From: an uncultured Gemmatimonadaceae bacterium | GTDB taxonomy: Bacteria > Gemmatimonadota > Gemmatimonadetes > Gemmatimonadales > Gemmatimonadaceae | Direction: 5' to 3' | DNA: 64,000 nucleotides | Assembly: GCA_963843845.1 (NCBI GenBank) | Contig: CAWJMB010000002.1 | Span: 2,112,001 to 2,176,000 of the forward strand | Part shown: in pieces, positions 31,248 through 42,086 of the stretch | How positions within the stretch are numbered: the stretch's first letter is position 1 | How the letters are laid out: each line of letters starts with the position of its first letter | Translations under genes and position numbers: made by a program | The notes under the pieces: model-generated | The model's input: the letters and a program-made list of their open reading frames with translations, nothing else | Databases searched by the model: none | Told to the model about the DNA's origin: nothing

Positions 31248-32500
31248 GGACGCGGCACCGTCGGGTTGCGCGAGGCGGGCGGCTCGATCGGCGCCGGCAC
31301 GGTCGGACGCGGCACGGTGGGGCGCGGCACGGTCGGGCGCGACGTGGGCGCCGGCACGGTCGGGCGGGCAGCTCGCGGGACGCTGTCGGCCGCCGGGCGC
31401 GAGGGCACCGTCGCCGGAGCGGTGGTCGGCGCCGGCACGGTCGGCTGCCCGGTCGGCGGCACGGTCGGCGGCACGGCCGGCTGACCGGCCGTCGACGGCG
31501 CCGGAATCGGCGCGCCGGTCGAATCCACGAGCGTCGAGTCGCGAGTCGAGTCGAGCGCCGCTCGCCGTGCTGCCATCTCACGCATCGCCGCCTCGCGAGC
31601 GAGCGAGTCGCCCGCCGCCGCGATGCTGCGCGCCGCCGAGTCGGCCGCCGCGGCCGACATCCAGACGCGGGCGACGCCCGAGTCGCCACGCTGTTTCAGC
31701 ATGAGGAACACCGGGCCGACGTTCGCGAGCGACGCCGTCGGCTGGAGCAGATACGTCCGTGCCCACTTCTCCGTCGTCTGGATCTCGCGAATCACGGTGC
31801 CGACCGCGATCCCCCGCGGGTACGTGCCCCCGAGCCCGGAGCTGATGATCAGCGTGCCGGCCTTGAGCGGGCTGCGGAACGGCACGCCGCGCATCTCGAG
31901 CAACCCGCGCGATCCCGAGGACAGACTCGCCTGCACGATGCCGAACGCGGAATCGTTCGGCGTCGTCGCACTGACGCGGAAGTCCGGGTGCGAATACGTG
32001 ATCGCCATCGACGACGCCGGATCGACGAGCTGCACCATCCCGACGAGCCCTTCCGGCGCGACGACCGGGGTGAACGGCTGCACGCCGGCTCCTGACCCCG
32101 CGCTCACCGTGAACGTCTGGACGAGCTGTTGCCGCACGAGATCGCTCTCGAGCTGCGCCGGGCTGGCCTCCGCCGCGATGAAGCCCCACCCCAGTCGCGA
32201 CCCGAGCCCGAGCATTGCCCGCAAGCGCGCGTTCTCGGTCGTGAGCGCGACCAGTTCGGCGCGCGACTGCGCGTCGGTGCCGAGATCGCGGACCCTGGCG
32301 CCGTAGGAGAGGAACGCGGCGCGCCGCTCCTGGGCCCCGCGCTGCAGCGACGCGAACGGCGCGACGATCGTGCGGCGCAGCGCCGCGGCGGTCTCGTCGC
32401 GCCGCGCATCGGGGAGAAAGATCATGAGCAGCGATCCGACGACGCAGCTCACGAGCAGCGCGTAGTCGAGGACGCTGCGACTTCGCGTCGCTCTCGCCAT
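31244..32500 (-). CDS. mreC: Rod shape-determining protein MreC with Pro-rich tail
   Basis: ENARLRAML, GLVGMV, SSGLGGTYPRGIAVG; follows mreB. Confidence 0.92.
   Translation of the reverse strand: MARATRSRSVLDYALLVSCVVGSLLMIFLPDARRDETAAALRRTIVAPFASLQRGAQERRAAFLSYGARVRDLGTDAQSRAELVALTTENARLRAMLGLGSRLGWGFIAAEASPAQLESDLVRQQLVQTFTVSAGSGAGVQPFTPVVAPEGLVGMVQLVDPASSMAITYSHPDFRVSATTPNDSAFGIVQASLSSGSRGLLEMRGVPFRSPLKAGTLIISSGLGGTYPRGIAVGTVIREIQTTEKWARTYLLQPTASLANVGPVFLMLKQRGDSGVARVWMSAAAADSAARSIAAAGDSLAREAAMREMAARRAALDSTRDSTLVDSTGAPIPAPSTAGQPAVPPTVPPTGQPTVPAPTTAPATVPSRPAADSVPRAARPTVPAPTSRPTVPRPTVPRPTVPAPIEPPASRNPTVPRP
31250..31500 (-). repeat. Imperfect coding tandem repeats (PTVPR/PTVPA) in the MreC tail
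   Basis: Recurring ggcacggtcgg units on the + strand. Confidence 0.75.
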
Positions 32501-32515
32501 CGCCGGTTACGTCCG

Positions 32516-33553
32516 TTAGGTCGTGAGCACCGACCAGTATTTCTCCTCGTCGTCGAGAATGCGCCCCGTGCCGCGTACCACACAGGTCAGCGGATCGTCG
32601 TCGACGTGGATCGGGAGCCCCGTCTCCTGACTCAGCATCAAGTCGAGCCCGCGAATCAGCGCGCCGCCCCCCGTCATCACGATCCCGCGATCGACGATGT
32701 CGCTCGCCAGCTCCGGGGGCGTGATCTCGAGCGCACGGCGGACCGCGTCGACGATCTGCTGAATCGGCTCTTGGATCGCCTCGCGGATCTCGCTGGAGTG
32801 AACGCGCACCGTCTTCGGAATCCCCGAGACGAGGTCGCGCCCCTTCACTTCCATCTCGCGCTCGTCGCCGGTCGGGTACGCGGAACCGATCGTGATCTTG
32901 ATGAGCTCCGCGGTCGGCTCGCCGATCAGCAGGTTGTAGTTCTTCCGCATGAACTGCACGATCGCGATGTCGAGCTCGTCGCCGCCGGTGCGGATCGACG
33001 TGTCGCTGACGATGCCGCTCAGTGCGATGACGGCGATCTCGGTCGTGCCGCCGCCGATGTCGATCACCATGTTCCCCGTCGGGCTCTCGACCGGCAGCCC
33101 GACCCCGATCGCCGCGGCCATCGGCTCGGAGACCATGAACACCTCTTTCGCCCCCGCGCCGATCGCCGAGTCGCGCACGGCGCGTTTCTCGACCTCGGTG
33201 ATCCCCGAGGGGACGCACACGATGACGCGCGGCTTCACCTTGAAGACGTGCTTGTCGATCACGAGCGTGAGGAAGTAGCGGAGCATCTTCTCCGTCACGT
33301 CGAAGTCGGCGATGACTCCGTCCTTCAGCGGCCGCACAGCCGTGATCCCTTCGGGCGTACGGCCGAGCATGCGCTTCGCCTCGAGGCCCACGCCCTTCAT
33401 CTTCTTCGTCTCCCGGTCGATCGCGACCACGGACGGCTCGTTCAGGACGATTCCTTCGCCCTTGACGTAGATCAGCGTGTTCGCGGTGCCGAGGTCGACG
33501 GCGATCGCATTCGCGGGGAAGAGCGACCCCGATTTCGAGAAAGGCCAGCGCAT
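32516..33553 (-). CDS. mreB: Actin-like MreB
   Basis: [29 protein letters not shown]. Confidence 0.97.
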   Translation of the reverse strand: MRWPFSKSGSLFPANAIAVDLGTANTLIYVKGEGIVLNEPSVVAIDRETKKMKGVGLEAKRMLGRTPEGITAVRPLKDGVIADFDVTEKMLRYFLTLVIDKHVFKVKPRVIVCVPSGITEVEKRAVRDSAIGAGAKEVFMVSEPMAAAIGVGLPVESPTGNMVIDIGGGTTEIAVIALSGIVSDTSIRTGGDELDIAIVQFMRKNYNLLIGEPTAELIKITIGSAYPTGDEREMEVKGRDLVSGIPKTVRVHSSEIREAIQEPIQQIVDAVRRALEITPPELASDIVDRGIVMTGGGALIRGLDLMLSQETGLPIHVDDDPLTCVVRGTGRILDDEEKYWSVLTT

Positions 33554-33595
33554 CGAGGATTTCAGTGATTGCGGGCGAAGCCCCCGCAGGCGCGT

Positions 33596-33624
33596 AACCT
33601 ATGCGCCGCCGGGTGCCCGTTCAA
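33596..33624 (-). promoter_or_regulatory. Putative sigma70 promoter of the mre operon
   Basis: TTGAAC-17 bp-TAGGTT on the minus strand upstream of mreB. Confidence 0.55.
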
Positions 33625-33631
33625 CGCACGA

Positions 33632-34765
33632 TCACGCTGCTCTCGCAGTCGTGTGCAGCATGTCCGACGGATCCGTGTACGACATCCCGAACGCCTCGGC
33701 GACCGCGGCGTAGGTCACCTTGCCGTCGACGACGTTGAGCCCCTTGAGCAGCGCGGAGTTGTCGCGTAGCGCCTGCCGCCACCCCTTGTTGGCGAGCTGG
33801 AGCGCGTACGGCAGCGTCGCGTTCGTGAGCGCGAGCGTCGAGGTGCGCGGTACGCCGCCAGGCATGTTCGCGACGCCATAGTGGATGACGCCGTCGATCA
33901 CGTACGTCGGGTTCTCGTGCGTCGTCGGCGTGATCGTCTCGATGCATCCGCCCTGATCGACCGCGACGTCGACGATGACGGCGCCCTTGCGCATCGTGCC
34001 GATGTCCTCGCGCCGCACCAGCTTCGGCGCCTTCGCCCCAGGGATCAGCACGGCGCCGACCACGAGATCGGCCGTGCAGATCTGCTCGAGGATGTTCTGT
34101 CGGTTCGAGTAGATGAGCTGCACGTTCGCCGGCATCACGTCGGACAGATAGCGCAGCCGGTCGAGATTCACGTCGAGCACGACGACTTTCGCACCCATGC
34201 CGGCCGCCATCTTGGCCGCGTTGATCCCGACGATGCCACCGCCGAGGATCACGACCTTCGCCGGCGCCACACCCGGAACGCCGCCTAACAGCACGCCGCG
34301 CCCGCCGTACAGCTTCTCGAGGTACTTCGCGCCCTCCTGCACCGCCATGCGGCCCGCGACCTCCGACATCGGCGTGAGCAGCGGCAGCTCGCGCGTCGGC
34401 AGCTCGACGGTCTCGTACGCGATGCACGTCGCGCCGCTGTCGATGTGCGCGCGGGTGAGCTGCTCGTCGGCCGCGAAGTGGAAGTAGGTGAACAGCGTCT
34501 GCCCAGGGCGCATGCGCGGCCACTCGACGGCGATCGGCTCCTTCACCTTCATGATCATGTCGGCCGCCGCCCACACGTCGTTCGCCGCCGCGCCGATCTC
34601 CGCGCCGACGTTCGTGTAGTCCGCGTCCGAGAAGCCGCTCCCCTCACCCGCCGTGGTCTCGACGAGGACGCGGTGTCCGTTGCTGATGAGCGCCTCCGCG
34701 CCGGCCGGCACGAGCGCGACGCGGTTCTCGTTCGTCTTGATCTCTTTCGGTACGCCGATGAGCAT
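33632..34765 (-). CDS. ald: Alanine dehydrogenase
   Basis: [41 protein letters not shown]. Confidence 0.97.
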   Translation of the reverse strand: MLIGVPKEIKTNENRVALVPAGAEALISNGHRVLVETTAGEGSGFSDADYTNVGAEIGAAANDVWAAADMIMKVKEPIAVEWPRMRPGQTLFTYFHFAADEQLTRAHIDSGATCIAYETVELPTRELPLLTPMSEVAGRMAVQEGAKYLEKLYGGRGVLLGGVPGVAPAKVVILGGGIVGINAAKMAAGMGAKVVVLDVNLDRLRYLSDVMPANVQLIYSNRQNILEQICTADLVVGAVLIPGAKAPKLVRREDIGTMRKGAVIVDVAVDQGGCIETITPTTHENPTYVIDGVIHYGVANMPGGVPRTSTLALTNATLPYALQLANKGWRQALRDNSALLKGLNVVDGKVTYAAVAEAFGMSYTDPSDMLHTTARAA

Positions 34766-34816
34766 GGCGGGCGATGGTTGAGGATCGGATTGCGGGAGGC
34801 GCGGACCGGTGTGCGC

Positions 34817-36103
34817 TCAGGCGACCGCTTTCGGCCCGAGGCTCAGCATGGTCTGGCGCTCCGGTGCGAAGAACTCGGCGCAGACGTTCCGCACGTCGTC
34901 GTCCGTGATCTGCTCGACGAGCGCGAGCGACTCGTCGAGGGTGCGGAACGGCTCGTCGAACAGATCGACGCCGGCCGCGCGATACATCCGGTTCGTCACG
35001 CTCTCGAGCGACAGCGTGATCTGCCCCTTGAGCTGCTGCTTCCCCGCCTGCAACTCGGCGTCGGGCACGCCCTCGGTCGCGAGCGTCGCCAGCTCCTCGA
35101 GCACCGACGCGACGGCCTGCTTGGCATTCTTCGGAGCGGTGGCGACGTAGACGCCGTGCATGCCGGTGTCGACGTGAAAGCTCTGGAACGTGTGCACCGA
35201 GTACGCGAGTCCCTGCTCCTCGCGCACTTTCTGGAACAGCCGCGAGCTCATCCCGCCGCCGAGCAGCATGCTGACGAGCGCGAGCGCGTGGCGGCGCCGG
35301 TCGTGATGCGCGAGCGTCGTGGAGCCGAGCACGACGTGCGTCTGCGTCAGCTTGCGGTCGCCGACGTGCTTGTACGCCGCGGCATTCGGCAGCGGCGCGC
35401 GCGTCGACAGCGGCGTCGCATCGCGCCGCTCGAGACGATCCCACCCCGCGCGCGCGAGCGACGCGACGAGGTCGTCATGATCCACGCGCCCCGCAGCCGC
35501 CACGATCACGCGCCCCGGGTGGTAGGCTCGCTCGTGCAGCGCGCGGAGCTCGGCGGTGCCTAACGCGCCCACCGTGTCACGCGTCCCGAGGATGGAGTAG
35601 CCGTACGGGTGCTCGCCCCACAACAGCTCGTTGTGCAGCTCGAAGACCAGGTCGTCGGGCGTGTCCTCCACCATCCCGATCTCTTCGATCACGACGTTTC
35701 GCTCGAGCGCGAGGTCGGCGTCCCGCAGCGACGGGCGGAACACGAGGTCGCCGATGACGTCGGTCGCAACGTCGAGATGCTCGTCGAGCACGCGCGCCTG
35801 GAACGCCGTGTACTCGCGCGTCGTGTACGCGTCGAGCGAGCCGCCCAACGTTTCGACCTCGAGCGAGAGCTGTCTCGCGGTCCGCGTCGGTGTTCCCTTG
35901 AACACCATGTGCTCGAGCAGGTGCGCGACGCCCATCTGCTCGCGCGACTCATGGATCGATCCGGCCTGCACGAACGCCCCGAACGCAACCGACCGCACTC
36001 CCGGAATCTCCTCCGAGAGTACGGTCAGCCCGTTGTCGAGCACCGTGCGGCGGAGTCCCGCCACGTCGAAGCCGACGGGCGGGGCCACCAGAGTGTGCGC
36101 CAC
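34817..36103 (-). CDS. M16 (pitrilysin-family) zinc peptidase
   Basis: Inverted zinc motif HLLEHMVFKGT, LGGGMSSRLFQKVRE; typical position after pnp. Confidence 0.93.
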   Translation of the reverse strand: MAHTLVAPPVGFDVAGLRRTVLDNGLTVLSEEIPGVRSVAFGAFVQAGSIHESREQMGVAHLLEHMVFKGTPTRTARQLSLEVETLGGSLDAYTTREYTAFQARVLDEHLDVATDVIGDLVFRPSLRDADLALERNVVIEEIGMVEDTPDDLVFELHNELLWGEHPYGYSILGTRDTVGALGTAELRALHERAYHPGRVIVAAAGRVDHDDLVASLARAGWDRLERRDATPLSTRAPLPNAAAYKHVGDRKLTQTHVVLGSTTLAHHDRRRHALALVSMLLGGGMSSRLFQKVREEQGLAYSVHTFQSFHVDTGMHGVYVATAPKNAKQAVASVLEELATLATEGVPDAELQAGKQQLKGQITLSLESVTNRMYRAAGVDLFDEPFRTLDESLALVEQITDDDVRNVCAEFFAPERQTMLSLGPKAVA

Positions 36104-36107
36104 GCCC

Positions 36108-38360
36108 CTAGCGCTCGCCTCGGTCGTCGCGGTTGCCGCCGCGCCGCGGGCCGCGCCCGCGCGCCGACGCGTCGCCCTCGCCCCCTTCGGCGCCGGCGCC
36201 CTCGCTCCGCGGACCGCGGTCCTCGCGACGCGGGCGGTCACCGTTCCCCCCCTCGGGCGCGTCGACCATCCCTTCCGGCTTCGGCTCCAGCGCCTTCATC
36301 GACAGGCGCAGTCGTCCGCGCTCGTCGCGGTCGATGAGCTTCACCTTCACCGCGTCACCCTTCTTCACGACGTCCTCGGTCTTCTCGACCCGACCGTGAC
36401 GCATCTCGGAGATGTGCAGCAGCGCCTCGGTCCCCGGCATGATCTCGATGAACGCGCCGAACGCGGTCGTGCTCTTGACGGTGCCCTCGTACGTCTCGCC
36501 GACGATCGGCTCGGCCGTGATCGCCTGCACCATCGAGCGCGCCCGCTCCATCGCCTCGCCGCCGACCGCCGCGATCGTCACCAGGCCGGTGTCGTCGACC
36601 GAGAGCTCGGCGCCGCTCTCGTCCTGGATGCCGCGGATCGTCTTCCCCTTCGGGCCGATGAGGTCGCCGATCTTCTCCGGGCTGATCTGCACCGTGACGA
36701 TGCGCGGCGCGTATGTGGAGAGCTCGCTCTTCGGCGCGCCGAGCGCCTTCTCCATCTCGCCGAGGATGTGCAGACGTCCGTCCTTCGCCTGCGCGAGCGC
36801 CTCGGTCATGATCTTGAGGTCGAGCCCCTCGATCTTGATGTCCATCTGGATCGACGTGATCCCCTTCGCCGTCCCGGCGACCTTGAAGTCCATGTCCCCG
36901 AGATGATCTTCGGTGCCGAGGATGTCCGTGAGGATCGCATAGTCGTCGCCTTCCTTGATCAGCCCCATCGCCACGCCCGCGACCGCACCGTGCGTCGGCA
37001 CGCCGGCGTCGAACAGCGCGAGCGAGCCGCCGCACACCGAGGCCATCGACGAGGAGCCGTTCGACTCGAGGACGTCGGAGACGATGCGCAGCGTGTACGG
37101 GAACTCCGCGAAGTCCGGCAGCACCCCCTGGAGCGCCCGCTCGGCGAGGTTGCCGTGGCCGATCTCGCGACGGCTCGTCCCGCGCACCGGCCGCACCTCG
37201 CCCGTCGAGAACGGCGGGAAGTTGTAGTGCAGCATGAACGTCTTCTCGCTCTCGCCCGCCGTGTCGATCGAGTCGAGCCGCTGCACGTCCTTCGAGGTGC
37301 CCAACGTCACCGCGACGAGCGCCTGCGTCTGGCCGCGCGTGAACAGCGCCGAGCCGTGCGCGCGCGGCAGCAGTCCGACGTCGATCGAGATCGGACGCAC
37401 TTCGTTCGGCTTGCGGCCGTCGACACGGAGGCCAGTCGTCAGCACCTGCGAGCGCAGCGCCGTGTATTCGAGGTCGCCGAGGATCGCGCCGAAATCCTTC
37501 GAGTTGTCGGGGAGTTCGGGAAGCAACTGCTCCTTCACCGCCTTCTTGACGTCCTCGACGGCCTGCATGCGGGTGTGCTTGTCCGCCTGGTTGATCGCCT
37601 CGGCGATCTTCCCCTCGGCGAGCGCCTTCACGCGCATCGTGACGTTTTCCGGGATCTCGGCCTTCGTCCACGCCATCTTCGCCGGGCGCTCGATCTTCCC
37701 GAGCAGCTCCTCCTGCATCGCGATGAGCTCGCGAATGCCGCCGTGCCCGACGCCGAGCGCGTCGACGATGTCCTGCTCGCTGACTTCGAGCGCGCCGCCT
37801 TCGACCATGACGATCGAGTCCTGCGATCCGGTGATCGTCAGCTCGATGTCGCTGTACTGCAACTGCTGGAACGTCGGGTTCAACAGCCAGTTGTTCTGCA
37901 CGCGCCCGACACGGACGCCGGCGATGAGGCCCATGAAGGGGACCTTCGACGCATTCAGCGCGAACGACGTCGCGACGAGGGCGAGCGAGTCCGGGTCGTT
38001 CTCCTGATCGGCGGAGATCACGTAGACGAACACCTGGACCTCGTTCTTGAACCCTTCCGGGAACAACGGACGGATCGACCGATCGACGATGCGCGCCGAC
38101 AGGATCTCGTTGTCGTTCGGACGCCCTTCACGCTTGATGAAGCCGCCGGGGATCTTGCCCGCAGCGTACGTCTTCTCGCGGTACTCGACCGTCAGGGGGA
38201 AGAACGGGAGCGAGCTCTGATTGTCGCTCACCGTGACGGTCGCGAGCACCATCGTGTCACCGAACGTGACGAGCGCCGAGCCGGCAGCCTGCTTCGCCAT
38301 CCGCCCCGTCTCGATGACGAGCTTGCGGCCGGCGAACGTGCGTTCCACGCGTTGCATCAT
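36108..38360 (-). CDS. pnp: Polyribonucleotide nucleotidyltransferase
   Basis: ETGRMAKQA, RREIGHG, ESNGSSSMAS, DHLGDMDFKVAG, KH and S1 domains. Confidence 0.98.
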   Translation of the reverse strand: MMQRVERTFAGRKLVIETGRMAKQAAGSALVTFGDTMVLATVTVSDNQSSLPFFPLTVEYREKTYAAGKIPGGFIKREGRPNDNEILSARIVDRSIRPLFPEGFKNEVQVFVYVISADQENDPDSLALVATSFALNASKVPFMGLIAGVRVGRVQNNWLLNPTFQQLQYSDIELTITGSQDSIVMVEGGALEVSEQDIVDALGVGHGGIRELIAMQEELLGKIERPAKMAWTKAEIPENVTMRVKALAEGKIAEAINQADKHTRMQAVEDVKKAVKEQLLPELPDNSKDFGAILGDLEYTALRSQVLTTGLRVDGRKPNEVRPISIDVGLLPRAHGSALFTRGQTQALVAVTLGTSKDVQRLDSIDTAGESEKTFMLHYNFPPFSTGEVRPVRGTSRREIGHGNLAERALQGVLPDFAEFPYTLRIVSDVLESNGSSSMASVCGGSLALFDAGVPTHGAVAGVAMGLIKEGDDYAILTDILGTEDHLGDMDFKVAGTAKGITSIQMDIKIEGLDLKIMTEALAQAKDGRLHILGEMEKALGAPKSELSTYAPRIVTVQISPEKIGDLIGPKGKTIRGIQDESGAELSVDDTGLVTIAAVGGEAMERARSMVQAITAEPIVGETYEGTVKSTTAFGAFIEIMPGTEALLHISEMRHGRVEKTEDVVKKGDAVKVKLIDRDERGRLRLSMKALEPKPEGMVDAPEGGNGDRPRREDRGPRSEGAGAEGGEGDASARGRGPRRGGNRDDRGER

Positions 38361-38377
38361 TGCTTTCGGACCTCAGG

Positions 38378-38411
38378 AAAACACAAAACGCGCGGGCAGC
38401 ATGCCCGCGCG
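38378..38411 (-). terminator. Intrinsic terminator/attenuator between rpsO and pnp
   Basis: Stem cgcgcgggca/tgcccgcgcg followed by TTTTGTGTTTT on the minus strand. Confidence 0.75.
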
Positions 38412-38430
38412 ATCGCGCCCGGAATTCGGG

Positions 38431-38691
38431 TTAGTGACGGAGACCAAGCTCCGAGACGAGCTGCCGGTACTCTTCGACGCTTTCTCGCTTCAGGTAGTCC
38501 AACAGCCGACGGCGCTTGCCGACCATCTTGAGCAGGCCGAGCCGGCCGTGATGATCCTTCGCATGCGTGCGGAAGTGACCGGTCAGATAGTTGATGCGGT
38601 CGGTCAGAATCGAGATCTGCACACGCGGCGAGCCCGTATCGGACTCGTGCCGGCGGTACTTCTCGATGGTCGCTGCTTTTTGGAAAGCCAT
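38431..38691 (-). CDS. rpsO: 30S ribosomal protein S15
   Basis: [34 protein letters not shown]. Confidence 0.97.
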   Translation of the reverse strand: MAFQKAATIEKYRRHESDTGSPRVQISILTDRINYLTGHFRTHAKDHHGRLGLLKMVGKRRRLLDYLKRESVEEYRQLVSELGLRH

Positions 38692-38749
38692 GGGTTATAT
38701 TCTCCGCACGTCCAGTGCGCTCGCTGTGCGCATTCGAAGTAAGCATCAC

Positions 38750-38778
38750 AACTTACCTCGGGCCGACTGGACTGTAAA
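38750..38778 (-). promoter_or_regulatory. Sigma70 promoter of rpsO-pnp
   Basis: TTTACA-17 bp-TAAGTT on the minus strand. Confidence 0.6.
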
Positions 38779-38828
38779 GGCGTCGCCACACGACCCCGCC
38801 CGGCGCGCTGAGCTTCCTCGCCGCCCTC

Positions 38829-40451
38829 GTGCCTGAGTCGTCGCCGGAGCCGATCGCGAGCCGATCCATCGGTCGCTACGAGGTGCGTCGCCTCCTCGGC
38901 GCCGGAGGCTTCGCGCGAGTCTACCTCGCATGGGATCCCGAGCTGGACGTCGAGGTCGCGATCAAACTGCCGAAGCCGGAGCTGGCCGGCGACGTCGACG
39001 CGCTCGAGCGGTTCCGGCGAGAGGCGACGACCGCCGCGCGGCTCCGGCATCCGAACATCGTCACGATCCTGACGGTCGGGCGGCTCGAGGCGACGTTCGA
39101 TGGGGTGCCGGAGGGGACGCCGTACCTGGTCATGGACTCGCTCCCCGATTCGCTGGCGGCACGGTTGGACGCTGCCGGGACGCTCCCGGAGTCCGAGTGG
39201 CTCCGTGTCGGCCAGGAAGTCGCGCGCGGGCTCGCCTACGCACACGCCCACGGCGTCGTGCACCGCGACGTGAAGCCGGACAACGTCCTGTTCGGTCGCC
39301 GCGGCGAAGCGGTCGTCACCGACTTCGGCATCGCGCGGGCCGTCACCCACCGCAGCGGCGGCGCGAGCCGCAGCATGGTGCTCGGCACACCCGAGTACTT
39401 CTCGCCCGAGCAGGCTCGCGGGCTACCGCTCGACGGCCGCACCGACGTGTACGCACTCGGCGTCACCCTGTATCGCACGGCGACCGGGGTGTTGCCGTTC
39501 GACGGCGACGACTGGTACGCGATCATGCGGCAGCACGTCGAGGTGGCGCCGGAGCCGCCGCAGACGCACGTGCCGTCGATCAGCGACGCCGCGCAAGCGA
39601 TCGTGCTGCGCTGTCTGGAAAAGCGCCCCGACGATCGCTTCCAGTCTGCGGCCGACCTCGCGGCAGCACTCGGTGCTGCGAGCGGCGACGCGAGCGTGCT
39701 CCCCGTGGGAGCCGACACGACCGTCGAGCTGCGACCCGCGCGAGTCACCACCCGTCGGCGACGGAGCGTCGTCGGCGCCGTCGGGGCCGTCGCAGCGATC
39801 GGCGTCGCGACCGCGGCGTTCCTCTCGCTCCGCCCCGCGCCGGCGCCCGTGCCGACATCGGTCGTTCGCATCGACTCGACGTTCCCGTTGGACACTCCCG
39901 TCGTCGCCGAGAGCACGCCCGCTGTTGCTCCTGCGACGCTCACGCCTGCGCCGGTCGTCCTGACCCCTCCGCTTCGCCCGCCCACGCCGACGCGAGCGAG
40001 CGGCGCCGTCGCGATCACCGCGCCGGCGAGCGCGGCGATCTTCGTCGATGAAGGGTACGTGGGGAACGGCACGGTGCGTGTCGACACGCTCCGCGCCGGA
40101 CGTCACGTCGTGCGCGCGACGGTGCCGAGCGAACGGGACTGCTCGACCAGTTCGCGCGAGACGACGATCGATCTGCGGCGCGGCGACGAGCGGCGCGTCA
40201 CGCTGCGCCCGCGCCCATGTGGCCGGTTGGAGCTGACCGTGTCGCCACAGCGCGGCGCGGTCGTGACGATCACGGGCGACGACACGAATCTGCCGAACAT
40301 GCGCCTTCCGCTCGAGCGCCCGTTGATTCTGCCGGAAGGGCGCTACCGCATCGTCATCGACGCGCCCGCCTGTGCCTCGTACGATGGGATCTACGACGTC
40401 GATCCAAGCAAGCCGCCAGCGGCGAAGCGCGTCGCGCTGGTGTGCTCCTAA
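38829..40451 (+). CDS. Hanks-type Ser/Thr protein kinase with TM helix and PEGA-like extracellular region
   Basis: LGAGGFARV, VAIK, HRDVKPDN, TDFGIA, GTPEYFSPEQ, TDVYALG; hydrophobic VVGAVGAVAAIGVATAAFL. Confidence 0.92.
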   Translation: MPESSPEPIASRSIGRYEVRRLLGAGGFARVYLAWDPELDVEVAIKLPKPELAGDVDALERFRREATTAARLRHPNIVTILTVGRLEATFDGVPEGTPYLVMDSLPDSLAARLDAAGTLPESEWLRVGQEVARGLAYAHAHGVVHRDVKPDNVLFGRRGEAVVTDFGIARAVTHRSGGASRSMVLGTPEYFSPEQARGLPLDGRTDVYALGVTLYRTATGVLPFDGDDWYAIMRQHVEVAPEPPQTHVPSISDAAQAIVLRCLEKRPDDRFQSAADLAAALGAASGDASVLPVGADTTVELRPARVTTRRRRSVVGAVGAVAAIGVATAAFLSLRPAPAPVPTSVVRIDSTFPLDTPVVAESTPAVAPATLTPAPVVLTPPLRPPTPTRASGAVAITAPASAAIFVDEGYVGNGTVRVDTLRAGRHVVRATVPSERDCSTSSRETTIDLRRGDERRVTLRPRPCGRLELTVSPQRGAVVTITGDDTNLPNMRLPLERPLILPEGRYRIVIDAPACASYDGIYDVDPSKPPAAKRVALVCS

Positions 40452-40867
40452 CGCAATCCCGCGACGGTGGCGATCCCGGCCACGCTCCCGCTCGCCACGC
40501 CGATCCAGAACGCGCGGTGCCGCAGCAACCCGATGCGCGGGGGCGAGAGCAGCGCGACGTGCTCCGACGACAGGTCTGTCGTCAGCCCGGTGACGAGGGC
40601 GATCGCCGTATCGCCGTCCACACGCTGTACGACGTAGCGCGCGACGAGGGCATCGTGCCGTCGCGGGTCGACGGCCAGCCCGACCGTCCCCCGCCGAACC
40701 CAGCGCGCGTTCGTCGTGCTGAAGCGGAGCAGCGTGTCCGACGTGCTCAGAATCGCGAATCGGCGCGCCGAGGCGGGGTCCGGATAGCGCACCGCGCGCC
40801 GGTGCGCGCACCCGGTCAGCCCGGCGATGAGGAGCGCGAGCGACAGCATGGCCGCCCGCAGGCCCAT
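40448..40867 (-). CDS. Hypothetical lipoprotein with C-terminal hydrophobic helix
   Basis: Lipobox LALLIAGLTGC; C-terminal FWIGVASGSVAGIATVAGL; starts 1 bp after the rseP stop. Confidence 0.65.
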   Translation of the reverse strand: MGLRAAMLSLALLIAGLTGCAHRRAVRYPDPASARRFAILSTSDTLLRFSTTNARWVRRGTVGLAVDPRRHDALVARYVVQRVDGDTAIALVTGLTTDLSSEHVALLSPPRIGLLRHRAFWIGVASGSVAGIATVAGLR

Positions 40868-40868
40868 G

Positions 40869-42086
40869 TCAGAACGCGCTGCTGACGAGGCGCGCGATGT
40901 CATTCCACATCACCGTCACGAATAGCGCCGCGATCGCGACGAGGCCGACGCGCAGGATGTTCTCCCGCGTGCGGACGCTGAACGCACTTCCCTTCGCCGT
41001 CTCGAGCACGTTGATCAGCACCTGCCCGCCATCGAGCACCGGGATCGGGAGCAGGTTGAGCACGGCGATGTTGATGCTGAGGAACGCGATGAGCGCGAGC
41101 AACGGCTCCACGCCGCCGCGCGCCGCCTGCACGGACGTCTGCGCGATCGCGACCGGGCCGCCGAGACTCGAGACCGGCACGCGGCGCTCGATCAGCCCCT
41201 TGAGCACGCCGAACACGGCGCCCGCGGAGTACCACGTCGTGCGCAGTCCGTCGGCCAGCGCGCCCCCGACGCCGAGCGATTCGCGCTGCTCCTGCGTGCG
41301 GGGCGCGATGCCGACGCGGCCCACCCGGCGGCGCTCCTGCGTGATCTGGTCGGTGACGGACTGTTCGCGGGTCGTGACCGTGACCTGGCGCGTCGCGCCA
41401 CCACGAGCGACCGTGAACTCGATCGGGCGGTTGACCTGCGCCGTCACGCGCTCGAGCACGTCCGTCCACGTACGCACCGCCTCGCCGTTCACGGCCGTGA
41501 TGCTGTCGCCGCGGGCGAGCCCCGCCGCGGCAGCGGGCTGGCCGGGAAGCACCGAGTCGATGACCGCCGGCAGGTACGGCCGACCGAACGCGAGCGTGTT
41601 CGTCGTGTTCAGCACGATCGCGAGCACCGCGTTCATGGTCACGCCAGCGAGCAGGATCAGCAGCCGCTTCGGAAGCGACTTCGATTCGAACCAGCGATGC
41701 TCGGGAACGGGCTTCGGGCCGAAGGGCGCGAGCGCATCCGGGTCCCAGTCCTTTCGCGGGCGAGGATCACCGCTGTGATCGTCCACCGCGCGTCCGGCCG
41801 CGTTGCCGCCGGTCGTCGGCACTTCGCCCGCCGGGTGCTCCCCGCCCCCTTCGATGAACGCCATCGACTCGTCCTCTCGGGACGCCATGCGCACGTAGCC
41901 GCCTAACGGCAGGGCGGCGAGCACGTACTCGGTCTCTCCGCGACGCTTGCGGAACAGCGCCGGGCCGAAGCCGATCGAGAAGCGCGGCGCGTAGACGCCG
42001 ACGGCCTTCGCGGCGAGGAAGTGTCCGAGCTCGTGCACGAAAACCACGAGCCCGAACACGATGAGGGGAGCGAGAATCGCTAGCAT
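40869..42086 (-). CDS. rseP: RIP metalloprotease RseP
   Basis: HELGH, FSIGFG, PLGGYV, PDZ domain, [11 protein letters not shown]. Confidence 0.96.
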   Translation of the reverse strand: MLAILAPLIVFGLVVFVHELGHFLAAKAVGVYAPRFSIGFGPALFRKRRGETEYVLAALPLGGYVRMASREDESMAFIEGGGEHPAGEVPTTGGNAAGRAVDDHSGDPRPRKDWDPDALAPFGPKPVPEHRWFESKSLPKRLLILLAGVTMNAVLAIVLNTTNTLAFGRPYLPAVIDSVLPGQPAAAAGLARGDSITAVNGEAVRTWTDVLERVTAQVNRPIEFTVARGGATRQVTVTTREQSVTDQITQERRRVGRVGIAPRTQEQRESLGVGGALADGLRTTWYSAGAVFGVLKGLIERRVPVSSLGGPVAIAQTSVQAARGGVEPLLALIAFLSINIAVLNLLPIPVLDGGQVLINVLETAKGSAFSVRTRENILRVGLVAIAALFVTVMWNDIARLVSSAF

